From assembly GCA_965637545.1 (NCBI GenBank), contig OZ281501.1, forward strand, positions 15,252,001 to 15,316,000: DNA of 64,000 nt, read 5' to 3'. This DNA is from Phallusia mammillata (lineage: Eukaryota). The notes beneath the pieces are model-generated. The model saw nothing but the letters and a program-made list of their open reading frames with translations, was not told the DNA's origin and searched no databases. The translations under genes and the position numbers were made by a program. The stretch's first letter is position 1. Each line of letters opens with the position of its first letter. Of this stretch, positions 39,601 through 51,600 are shown one piece after another.

Positions 39601-42600
39601 TGGGCCATTTAGTGAGCTAATCATTGTTGCTTTCGAAATAAATATTCTTTGAAAATACTTGACAAAACTGAAACAGTCTACTTTATTTGGGCACCAATCT
39701 GCACGTTCATCGCTGCACCAGCAGTTTCAAGCTTGTAAAAGAACTTGAAACATTTGCCATTATTTCTAGGCACTGGTGGTGATGTGAGAGTGGGATGAAA
39801 ATCTCTGTACGCTCGGGCTACCGCAATGTAACCTGTGATAAAAGTTTGGTTTTTAAAGTCTGCCAAGTTGCGAAAAGCATTTATAGCCATTTACAAGGGT
39901 CGCTTTTGAAGTCCATAAAATGTATTTTCTGAATAGATAACTTATAAATAAAAAATGAAATATCAACACCAGACAAAATTTGCTTGATGGGCTTTTCACA
40001 AACACAACTTTGAATGTAACTGTAATGTACAAAATCACAAAATCAGTACCTTGTCGATCAAGTCTGGTTTGTCGCACTGGGGTCCGTGTCCAACCATTGC
40101 GTAGGTTTGTAAATCCACATGTTGGTGTTCGCTCGGTTTTAAAATCGCATTCCAGGTTGACTTGAAAAATACCGTTAGTTGAAAATATTTAACAAAGGTA
40201 ACTTGTTTATCTTCGCAAAAAGTTACTTGACGTGGTACTTCTGTTTGGTATGTCATTGTAGCCAAGATTTTAATTTAAAGGTTGGAATTAAACTATTAAT
40301 TTTTAATTTAAAAGCGATGTGAGTTTAAGTTAATTGTGCTTACGGAAATTTTGGGATTTTGTTGTGTCAGCAACTTGTATGCTTTCTTTTTACGGTAAAA
40401 TATAGTTTTATGGAAAGCTTTTGCGTTAGGTCGCCAAAAACTTAATCAAAACTATGGTCATATGCAACACAATTTGAAACCACAGCTGCGGGCTGCACTT
40501 TAGACAACCCTGGCCCAAACGTTTGGTCGCAACAACTATTGTGCATCTTGACTGCGAAATCGGGAGGAAATCTTGGTGGATTGTGGTAGGCTAAGTTACG
40601 TTAAAAGAAATGCCACCGTTAATGTTTCTATAGATTTTGTGGAAAAAAAGAGTTAACCAACTCAGGTTGATATCACAGTAACGAACTGAAACGGGAAGGT
40701 TTAATTTTAGATTTTATGGACAGGCCAATTTTAACTTCACTGCAACCAATTTCTTCAACAAAATGCTTCTAGGTGTTTAGGATGTTCTTTCAAACCACAA
40801 TGATTTTTTGCTTTACTAAATCATTTTGTATATTTTTAAACCGCATATCTAAGCACGTTCTAAAACATATGTGTTGCTTTTCCAAAAATACCTACCCAAC
40901 ATTAGGAAAGTTTAATCTGTGGTATGACTTTTTATATTTGCGTTATATAGCCGTGCTTATAACTTCAACATACCTGTACACCTCGGTATTTCTCCAACCC
41001 AATCACCACTCCAAGAGCAGCTTCGGGAATTTATCCCATTTAGTCTGAAGCCCTCATTGCACTCGATAGAAACGGTTGTACCAGTAGCGTAGGCATTTTG
41101 TTGTGGAATCAGACGACCTTCGGTCATTCTGAAACTCGTACACTGTATCACTGCAAAAGCGTTTCAAAAAATACAGACTGAATAGTCTTAATGAATCTGT
41201 AGATCTGCAAATTAATGGCCACGGTGCAGTTTTGTCAAAGAGTTTATTGAAAGTAAATTAATAATCGTAGGTGAATTATTCACTTAGAAAAATGTTGTAT
41301 ATAAGAATAAATTGTGTGTACTCATTTAAGTTGTCATGCCTTTATTTATATGCATCGGTGATTTTCATTTTATGCCTAATTAAATTCATGTATGTAGTAA
41401 TTTTGCTTTACTATCTTTTTACTTGTCTTTAAACCGCACGTCTTTAAAGTACGTCATAGATTTAAAGTTTTGAAATTGTTTGTTTGGTTGTTAATTATGT
41501 AGACTTAAAAGGGGCGGTAAAGGAAAAATGTTGAGAAACACTGTTCTAACATATGTGTTGCTAGTCTAGCTGTACATGGACTGTACCCAAACATCAATGT
41601 CAAATTACCAATACCCAACACCCTGTTGTATGACTTTCTATACTTGAGTGTTATAATTGTGCTCAAAATTTAACATACGCGTGCACGTCGGTATTTCTCC
41701 AACCCAATCACCACTCCGAGAGCAGCTTCGGGAATTTATCCCATTTAGTCTGAAGCCCTCATTGCACTCGATAGAAACCGTTGAACCAGTAGGGTAGGCA
41801 TTTTGTGGTGGAATCAGACGACCTTCGGCCACTCTGAAACTCGTACACTGTATCACTGCAAAACCAGTTTTAAAATATAAAATACTGAATAATCTTAATG
41901 TTTCTGTAATTTTGCATATACATCGCCACAGTGCAGCTTCTCTCGTCAAAACGTTTGTTGAAGGCAAATTAATGATTGTATTGTACTTAAAATCACTAAT
42001 AAGATAATCGTATTGTATTTAAAATCGCCAATAAAAAAATAAAAATGTGGTCTATAGAAATAAATTGTGTCCACTCTTCAACTTGTTGTATGCATCAGTG
42101 ATTTTTATTTTATGCATGAGTTGAGTTATTTATGCATCAGTGATGTGTTATGTGGCAGTTTGCCAAGCTGTTGCAGCGTAGAACTTGACCTAGTGTTAGT
42201 GTTCAGTAGTTGATCTTTTTGGATGATGTTCAGTTTAACCTTCATATTGACTTGTTTGCTACACTGTAGATGTTTATGCTTATGTTTATCAAATGTGTAC
42301 TTTGACTTTATTGGAATACTAATCAACTGAATTTGTTTATAATTGTAACAGCTTCTGTGATCCAAACCGAATACAGTTTAACCAGGGGCGGCTCGTGCGA
42401 GCAGGGCTGCGGAGCTGCACCCCCCCTAGATATTTTTACTTTTACTTAATATTCCTACCACTATATTACAGATAGGTAATATTCATTATATTCTTACTTT
42501 TATTCTTTAGCAAGATATAAAAGGTATAATTTCAACCTTGATCGGCATTTAAAAACAATATTGATGCAACAAGTTTCCTTTTTTTTAAAAAAAATATTGC

Positions 42601-45600
42601 ATTAATATGTTATCTATGGTGGAGCTGCAACTCCAGTTTGGTGACGTTTCATGACGTTTTGCAGTTGTGCGCATGCGCACTTGAAACAGTTACATGCTGG
42701 GCGAAATGGACGACAGGGGGCTGTGGCTCGCTCAGCACCTCCCGTGACGTGGGGGCTCATGGCGTTGTCTGCTTCGCGTCAGTGAGCTCCAAAGCCTAAC
42801 CGGTGTACTATATTCTTAAGTTCGGCAGTAAGTACAGTAAAATAATTATTTTGCCATCTTATATTTTTTTAAGGTTAGTCGTGACTTTTTAAGATGACTT
42901 TAAGTGGGTTTCAGTCTCAAAATGCCGCTCCAACTGGTCTTGCGTCAGAGCTGTACGTAGCGAAGCTAACATTGTATCAGAACGAGCCTTGCATTGTGTT
43001 ATTCTCAGGTGAGACTGGTCAATGCGTAGCTTTACAAACGCAAATCCACACTTTCTCATAATTTTCCTACCACCTGGAGAATTGTCAGGTGATTGAAAGT
43101 GCAAAGAGCGCGGCTAGGTATTTTCCTTGATACAACCGTGGTTGAAATGCAGGTGTGTCATGTGCCTCGCAATCGAGTGTCTCATATCAACGTACTTCTG
43201 ATGGGGGAAAGTTTGTCGGGTCCATACAGACCTTTCAATTCAATAAAAATCTATTGCTGCAAGGCATAGTATCAAGTTTATAGAGCTCTTCTGACAAATG
43301 TATTTTTATTCGGACGTTTCGACGACGTCCTATACAGGTCGTCTTCATCAGGATAAATAACACTTGAAATTGTTCATTTGGTTGCTATCTATGTAGACTT
43401 AAAAGAGGCGGTACAGAAAAAAATGTTGAGAAACACTGTTCTAACGCATATGTGTTGCTAGTCTATAGCTATACATAGCCTGTACCCAAACAGCACTGTT
43501 AAATTACCAATACCCAACACGCTGCTGTATCACTTGCTATACTTGTGTGTTATAATTGTGCTTAAAATTTTAACATACCTCTACATCTCGGTATTTCTCC
43601 AACCCAATTACCACTCTGAGAGCAGCGTCGGGAATTTATTCCGTTTAGTCTGAAGCCTTCGTTGCACTCGATAGAAACGGTTGTACCAGTAGCGTAGACA
43701 TTTTGTTGTGGAATCAGACGACCTTCGGCCACTCTGAAACTCGTACACTGTATCACTGCAAAACCGGTTTTACAAAATAAAACACGGAATAATCTTAATG
43801 TTTCTGTAATTTTGCATATACATCGCCACAGTGCAGCTTCTCTCGTCAAAAAGTTTGTTGAAGGCAAATTAATAATCGTATTGTACTTAAAATCGCTAAT
43901 AAGATAATCGTATTGTATTTGAAATCGCCAACAAAAAATAAAAATGTGGTCTATAGCAATAAATTGTGTCCGCCCTTCAACTTGTTGTATCCATCAGTGA
44001 TTTTTTATTTTATGCATGAATTGAGTTATTTATGCATCAGTGATGTGTTATGTGGCAGTTTGCCAAGCTTTTGCAGCTTAGAACTTGACCTAGTGTTAGT
44101 GTTCAGCAGTTGATCTTTTTGGATGATGTTCAGTTTAACTTTGATATTGACTTGTTTGCTACACTGTAGATGTTTATGTTTATCAAATGTGTACCTTGAC
44201 GTTATTGGAATACTAATCAACTCAATTTGTTTATAATTGTAAGAGTTTCTGTGATCCAAAACGAATACAGTTTAACCAGGGGCGGCTCGTGCGACGGTGC
44301 TGCAGAGCTGCAGCACCCCGTAGATATTTCTACTTAATAATTCCTACCACAATATTACAGATAATATTCATTATATTCTTATTTTTATTCTTATTTTTTT
44401 TTATTCTAAAAAAAGGAAAATTATTGCCTCAATATTGTCTCATGTCAACGTACTTTCTGATGGTCGATAGCACGTCGGGACCATACAGACATTTCAATTC
44501 AATAAATAAGCTATTGCTGCCAGGCATAGTATCAAGTTTATAGAGCTCTTCTGGCAAATGTATTTTTATTCGGACGTTTCGACGTCCTATACAGGTCGTC
44601 TTCATCTTGGTAAATAACCCTGAATGCGACTAAAACAATGCACGATAAACGATCGAAAAAAAGAATGAAGCGCAAGCACGTCACAACGCAACGAAAACAC
44701 CCCGCGATAACGAATGATTGGGCCCCTAATCTTTGAGCAGGTGGCTGTAGCACGCTGAAAGCATCACGTCTGTTTTGATGTTCATTGTGTGGCACCGTTG
44801 GTGAATATTCCATGACTCAAAAAACAGACTTTTCCTGTAGTCAGTCTCCCGGGCCACAATAGAGGACGCATTGAAATCAATACGGTGGCCGTTGTTATAC
44901 CGCGTGATTGGAAAGGACCGACTCCTTTGCGTCGTTGTTGGCAACTTCCCGTTGATGTTTTTTTCGTCGGGTGTTGAGTGACCTTCCAGTGTCCCCGATA
45001 TATATTAACGGACACTCGGCACAGGGAATGGAATTTACAACACTTCGTTGTTCAAAGATATTGATTGGAACTTTCGGGTGACTCAGTACCTTGCGGAGAG
45101 TATTAGCAGGTTGGACGCCAACCGCTATGCCAAAGTCACGGAACATACGCCGTAATATATCCGTCAGTTTCAGTATGTACGGAAGTGTTTTTGGCCCTCT
45201 GTTGTTTGTGCACAAGCGTCGTGCCTGACCTTTCAGGGAACGAACCACACCTCTTTTTTGTATGTGGGGTGATGAGATCAAAAATTGTGAAACCTGCTGG
45301 TACTCGTTGGTTTGTGGTACTCTCTCGAGTACAGTACACCGTCATCGGTTCTTGTAACTTGAACATCTAAAAATAGAAGACAGTTTACCGATTGGAGTTC
45401 CACGGTAAACCGAATGCCTGGTTGCGCCTCGTTGAGTTGCCATAGAAATGCCCCAACCTGGTTCTTAGTAATGACACAAAAAATGTCGTCAATATATCGC
45501 CGCCAGAATCTCGGTGGGTTGGCAAATGTTAATTAGGCTTTTTCTTCAAGCGCTTCCATTGTCATGTTTGCGACAACCACAGAGACCGTGGAACCATCGC

Positions 45601-48600
45601 TGTGCCTTAAACCTGTTTGTAAAAACTTCCCCTGAACGTTAAATAGGATTGCTCCAAGCAAATCCGCAAACCGTCCAAAATATCCAACGCAGACCATGTT
45701 GTTGCAGAGGGATCCATGTGGATTTTTGGTAAGCCGTAAGTGCTCGGGGCGGAGTCGTCCGTGCTATGCAGTTGATGGAATGTGGCTTCAGAAATGAATC
45801 GTCTCTCTGTGTGCAATTTCCCCACAAACTTATTGAGGATGCGTTCCGACTTACGTGTTGGATCACGCTTTAAACGCTTCTCAGTCGAAGTATCCAGAAA
45901 TAAGTCTGACATTTTCTTGTCGTTATCTGGGCAGTTTATGATGACCTTTGTTTGCGGGTAAGATCGAGATTTCTTAAACTTCGGATCGCTTGGTGCTCGG
46001 TGTTACTGAGGTTGCTTTGACCCATTCTGTGTGTGCGAAGGCAGTTTGCGAGTTTGCCTTGAATGATTGTTTTAATGTGCGCTGGTTGCTGCCAAAATCC
46101 TTTCTCCACTGCAGCAATAGTTGTTCTGCAGCTTGATTGACAACCAGCACTGATGATGACAGCAGAGACTGTCGAAACGTCTGAACGATGTATTCTATAT
46201 ACACCAGTACCTTGGCAGTAATGTTTATGACAAAATCACTTTTTAAGTCCGTGTATTGTGTTTCCAATGACATACATTTTGTAAACATTTTACTTTCTTT
46301 TGTCTACTCGTAATCGATATCGAAGGTATATATACACGTGGTATTCGGTATCAGTACTCGTTTCAAAATCTGGTATCGTCCCATCCTTACCGCTTTGTGC
46401 GGCTCAGCCTTGCAGTTTAACCGTTTGGAGTCTATATAAAGAAGTTAAAACTGTTGCTCGTTGAAAATAAAGTTTCAACTGTTGCTTGTTGGAAATAGTT
46501 TTAACTGGCGCCGATTAAAGGAAGCTTTTCACTTTGCTCGTTGGAAAGAAACTGTTTCTCGGTAAAGAAAAATGCTTTCCGATACGATTGAAGGGAGTAA
46601 GGGTGAACAGCTATTCAAAACGTTTTAATGCACCCGAAAGGAACGTTTAATTGTCAGTCCCAACAACATGGCTTCTGTACATTCATCGATGCCAATTACA
46701 AATGAAAGATACCGACTTTTTGAGCATGTAACTTTCAATTTATCTGAAAATAAAGATCATAATGGTGATTTGTTACAGCTATGCGCCGAATAAAGGGCGG
46801 AGTGTGAAAGCAGGATTGCTAAATGGGTCGAAAAGCCCAGTCTGCTACGTACCCTACGCCACAAGTTGGTTCAAAATAGTCGGTAAAAAATGCACTTCTA
46901 GTTGCCCTACTTCTGCGCGTACGAGTTCCAGCATCCGCAGAACAGCAGCACGAATTAAGTTTGCGATGACTCGCACAAACCTTCGTCAGGCCAAAGAGGG
47001 ACAAGAGGAGAAATGGGGACGAAGGAAGTTGCGTGATGAAGAACATAAGTTGCGTGAGATAGGAAAAAATTGCGTGAAGAATAGAACTTGCGCGAGACGG
47101 AGCGACAGTTGGCAGCCGACGCTGAAATTCGCCTGGAACAACGTGAAGCCGAATTAGCCGAAATCGATGCTCGCTAATGGGAAGGTAAATTTGAGCCAGT
47201 TACTTGTATCCGCCAACTACAGAGAGGCCTTTTGTGCACACGGTCACCAAATGTCAAAGATCTACACCGCGTTGTGATTGGCAGGAGCTCATTAAAGTAA
47301 GTCACCAGCCTCCTATTTATGCCACTCCGCAATATAACTTTCAAAACAGGGAACCGCGTCCGAAGATAATTTCATTTAATGGTGATCCGATAAAAAAGTG
47401 ACGTTCATTCACAACTTCACGTTGCCACTAAAGTTCACTCTGACAATTTGCGCTCGCTTTATCTGCTGCAACATTGTGACGACGACATAGAAAGGCCAGT
47501 CGAGATTTACCGACAGGCACTTCAAGGGCTCTTTTATGAGTACGGACAGCTGCACTTTATAGCAAATGCCTGTGAGCGGCATTTGAAGAAGAGTCCTCGC
47601 TTGAAAGGAGATCACCTGGAACGACTGGAGCAGTTTGCAGATCTGCTGAAAAAATGTCTCATTACACTGGAGGATATTTATAAATATGCCGATCTTAACT
47701 CCCTTGACACCATGCTGCAGCTCATTGCCAAGTTGCCCTAACGTTTGCAAGAAAGATGGATAGAGCGATCAGTGTAGGTTTTTCATCGCCTGGAGCCGGG
47801 TCCAGCCACTTTCTTCAGTTTGTTTCGGAATGCGCTGAGGTGGAGAACTCCCCCTTCGAAAGTAGGATTATGGGATCTTAGCGCGACACGGATCCTTGTC
47901 CATAGATGGCGACAATTTTCGCTAGATGTCTGTTCTGTTGTAAGGCTCAGGATTTGCCCAAGTGCTATGGGTTCAAACGTAAAACGTACTTCGAACGTGT
48001 GGAATTTGTTAGTCGTAAGAGATTGTGCTTCAGATGCCTTTCGTGAAGTCTAAGACAACTGTTAACAGAATCGGAAGCAACACAGTGGAGAGAAATGGCT
48101 TGGAGAGAATGGCTTTGGCGTTTACCGAACTTTCATGACCTCTTTCTTCCTCGTTGTTTTACGCCCAAAGATTTCGGCGATGTCTAAAGTTGGGAGTTAC
48201 ACCACTTTGCAGATCCTCCCTTTCGTGGCCTACGGAGCCGTGTTTTATCTGAGGATGGTCGACGTTGGTTCGAGTGTTTATTGCGTGTTTCTTGTTGGCA
48301 AGTGTCGACAAGCGCGGCTGAAAAACAATGTTAATTCCTAGACTGGAATTAACAGCGGCATTTTTATCTGTAAAGCTAGAGAAAATGATGCGACGAGAGC
48401 TTGGCTTAGCAGTGTGTCGGTCTGTATTCTGGACAGACCTCACTGCCGTTCTACAGAGCATCACGAACTCGAAGAAAAGGTTTCCTACGTTCGTTGCCAA
48501 CCGGATTGCCAAGATTGTAAGGCAAAGCGATCCTTAAAGCTGGAGACTTTCAAAGCTCAATCCGGCAAATGAGGGGTCGCGTAGGTTGAAGTCGGAGGTT

Positions 48601-51600
48601 TCAGCGACGTCTAGCCGCTGGTTAAAAAGCCCGCAGTTTTTGTTGGAGTCTGAGAATCACTGGCCCTTTTGTATTATCAGACGTACCAGCTGAGTTCAGT
48701 CCTGTAAAAAAGGCCAAAAGTCTCCATGCAATTGGTTGTATGGAAGCAGTCGATTGTTGAGAAGATCATCCATCGGCACTCTTCGTTGCATCATTTGGAA
48801 AAAAAGTATCGCCTGGCTGCTTGGATACGAGAAACTTTTACTGTCGCGTGTTCGGCGTGACAAATCTGTGGTGGAGTACCGTGGAATATTATCGGTTAAA
48901 GGATTAAATGCTGCCAAACTGGAGTTGATCAAATATGTGCAGCGAAACTTCATATGTTCAAACGGAATCCAATTGTTATCGATCGCATGCTTCGGTTTGG
49001 TGGTCGATAAGAAAAGGCTGTCAGTCCGTACGATACCAAAAATCCGATTCTGCTACCTCATTCATGCCGTTTCACTGACTTGGTTATCAAGAGACATCAT
49101 CGTATTGTCGGACATTCTAGGATGGGCGACACTTGGAAATCTTCGCGCCAAAGGTTTTGTATACAAGATAGAGTAACCGTACGCTGAGTGATTGGAAATA
49201 GTCTGTTCTGCAAAAGACTAAATGCTCATGCTGGAGTACAGAGGATGGCAAACCTTCTCTCAGCGAGATATCACCCAGATAAGCCCCCGTTTTCAGACGT
49301 AGGGATGGATTTTTACAATCCCTTTCCAGTTAAGCAGATGGGACGGAGCGTCGTGAAACGGTTTGGAGCAGTGTTTACCTGCCTATCAAACCCAGCTGTC
49401 TATATCGAAGTCGCCCACAGCTTCTCTGCAGACTCGTTTACCGACGCGTTTTGTCGCTTTATTGTGCGGCGTGGAAATCCTGTAAATATTTATACCGATA
49501 CTGGAACGACTTTTGTTGGTGCAGAACGAATTTTAATAGAATCGCTGAGGTCTGTGCAAATGGTGCTTTCCATTCAGACAATTTGGACATCATTGGTGAC
49601 ACAGCAAGTTGTTTACTACGAAACATTGTCTACGACTTTGTTGGGGTTGAGTCAATCCTCGACTTGCGTTTACTTGTTCCAGTCACTTTTGATGCCAGAG
49701 ATGATGAGCCGAGAACATCCAATCATCTCTTGCTCATGAGATGCCACTTAAATTTGCCTCCTGGCTTGTTCGACAAAAAGGACTGTTACGTGCGGCGCCG
49801 TTGAGCGCAAGTGCAGTACTTGGCGAAAATTTTTTAGACCCGCTTTGTTTGTGAATATCTTCCGAACATCATTTCCAGGCAGAATTGGTACCAGAAGTTG
49901 AGAGATTTCCATATCAACGATGTAGTTCTCATTGTAGATGTTCGCAGCCACGTCCCAAGTGGTTGGTGGGTTGCGTTGGGGACATTTCCCGATAAAGACG
50001 CGATATAATCGTTTCAAATGACCGATTGCAAAACTTTACTTGATTGTTGCCGCTGAAAGCAAAGCTTAGTGTGGTGCGCTGTTTTGTTCATTGAATTTCG
50101 TTCAACGTTGGATGTTTGTTTGTGTGTGAAACGTACTTACCCGGGTAGGTAGATTCCTTTGTTTTGCAATTTTAGTGATGAATAAGGCTAAATTGATGTT
50201 TGTGACAAGTAACTTATCATTCTTCAAGTAAACGTTGTTTGTGACTGTCGGCGAGTGTTTATATTTTGACTTGTTTCCTAAATTAATTAATGTTTTACGT
50301 GTGGCTCATGACATGCTGTATTTTCATATAGTGCTCGCAGCGACTGTTTCATCGTCTTGCAACTGTTGCTAATTGTGCAGTACCTGTTGACCTGCGTCTG
50401 AAAATAGTTGGTGAGTTGGTCATAACGGCATTTTTTGTGCTTTGACAAATGTCAATGTGTTTCGTTTTTCTTGTTTAGAAATCCGTTTTTATTCCTTTTT
50501 CTGTTCTTTCTTGATCGTGTACGACGTTGTGGTTGTTGGTGTTGTAGCTGTGGATTATTACATGGGATTCGGATGCGTGATTTGTGTGCTACCAACCCCG
50601 AGGCTAAGCCTTGCAGATCGGCCGTTCAAAGTCTACAGCAACAATTAAACTTCTAATTTTCAATTTAAAAGCGTTGTGACTTTGAACTAATCGTGGAAAG
50701 AAATTGTTCAGTTACACCACATGTGGCAAAACAATCCGTATTTTATTTAATACTAAAAACTGCTACATTTTGAGTATGTTTAATGGATTGCCTGCAAGCG
50801 TACGTAGTTTTGTGCCATTTTGTTTCGTAATGTTAAGACAAACAAAAATGACTCTGTGATTAAACGGATTTTGAAGCTTTTTTTTACCACGGTTATAAGC
50901 TTGTTCGTCAGCAAACATGTGTGGTATATTTATCTACAGCTAATCTAAATATATTTGTTTTTTATACAGAATTTGTTCAGCCGTGGCCAACTTTTAGAGC
51001 CTATATCATTGCTATCCAAACTTTATCAATGGGGACAATTTTTATCAGGTGACGCCCTCGGGCCGGCGATCTAAAGTTCTTTTAGCGAAGTTTCTTTTTA
51101 CCGTAGAACAAGAACACAAATGTATAGGAATTTACGGAAATTTTGGGATTTTATTGTGTCAGCAACATGTATGATTCCTTTTTACGGGTTAATAAAGTTT
51201 TATAGAAACTTTTGCGTAACAAGTCGTCACAACAAAAAAAATTAATCCAAACTCTGGCAGGCCATAGGCAATACAGTTTGAAACAACAGCCGCGGGCCAC
51301 GTGAAATGCACCCACGGGCCGCATTTTTGGACACCTTTGGCTTAAACGTTTGTGCGTAACAACTATTGTCTTGAGTTCGAAATCGGGAGGAAATTTTGGT
51401 GGATTGTCGTACACCTTATCAACCATTAGGCAGGACTACGTTAGCAAACGGTAGTTAAGTGTACTTCAAAAGTTGTATTATAATCTCGTAGCATACATAA
51501 ATTACTTAAGTAATTTTTTGTTCACCGATGCAATTCGCCGTTCCTTGCCATGTAGCGTTTTCGTTGCAAACCGCTGAATTGCTTCCAATGTTCTCATAAC

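Larger units (their letters stand above)
41470..44620. repeat. Tandem segmental duplication (41470-43370 / 43370-44620), each unit carrying one CCP exon
   Basis: Colinear intron, exon, hAT end (ttaaccaggggcggctcgtgcg at ~42380 and ~44273) and PLE 3' end in both units. Confidence 0.9.
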
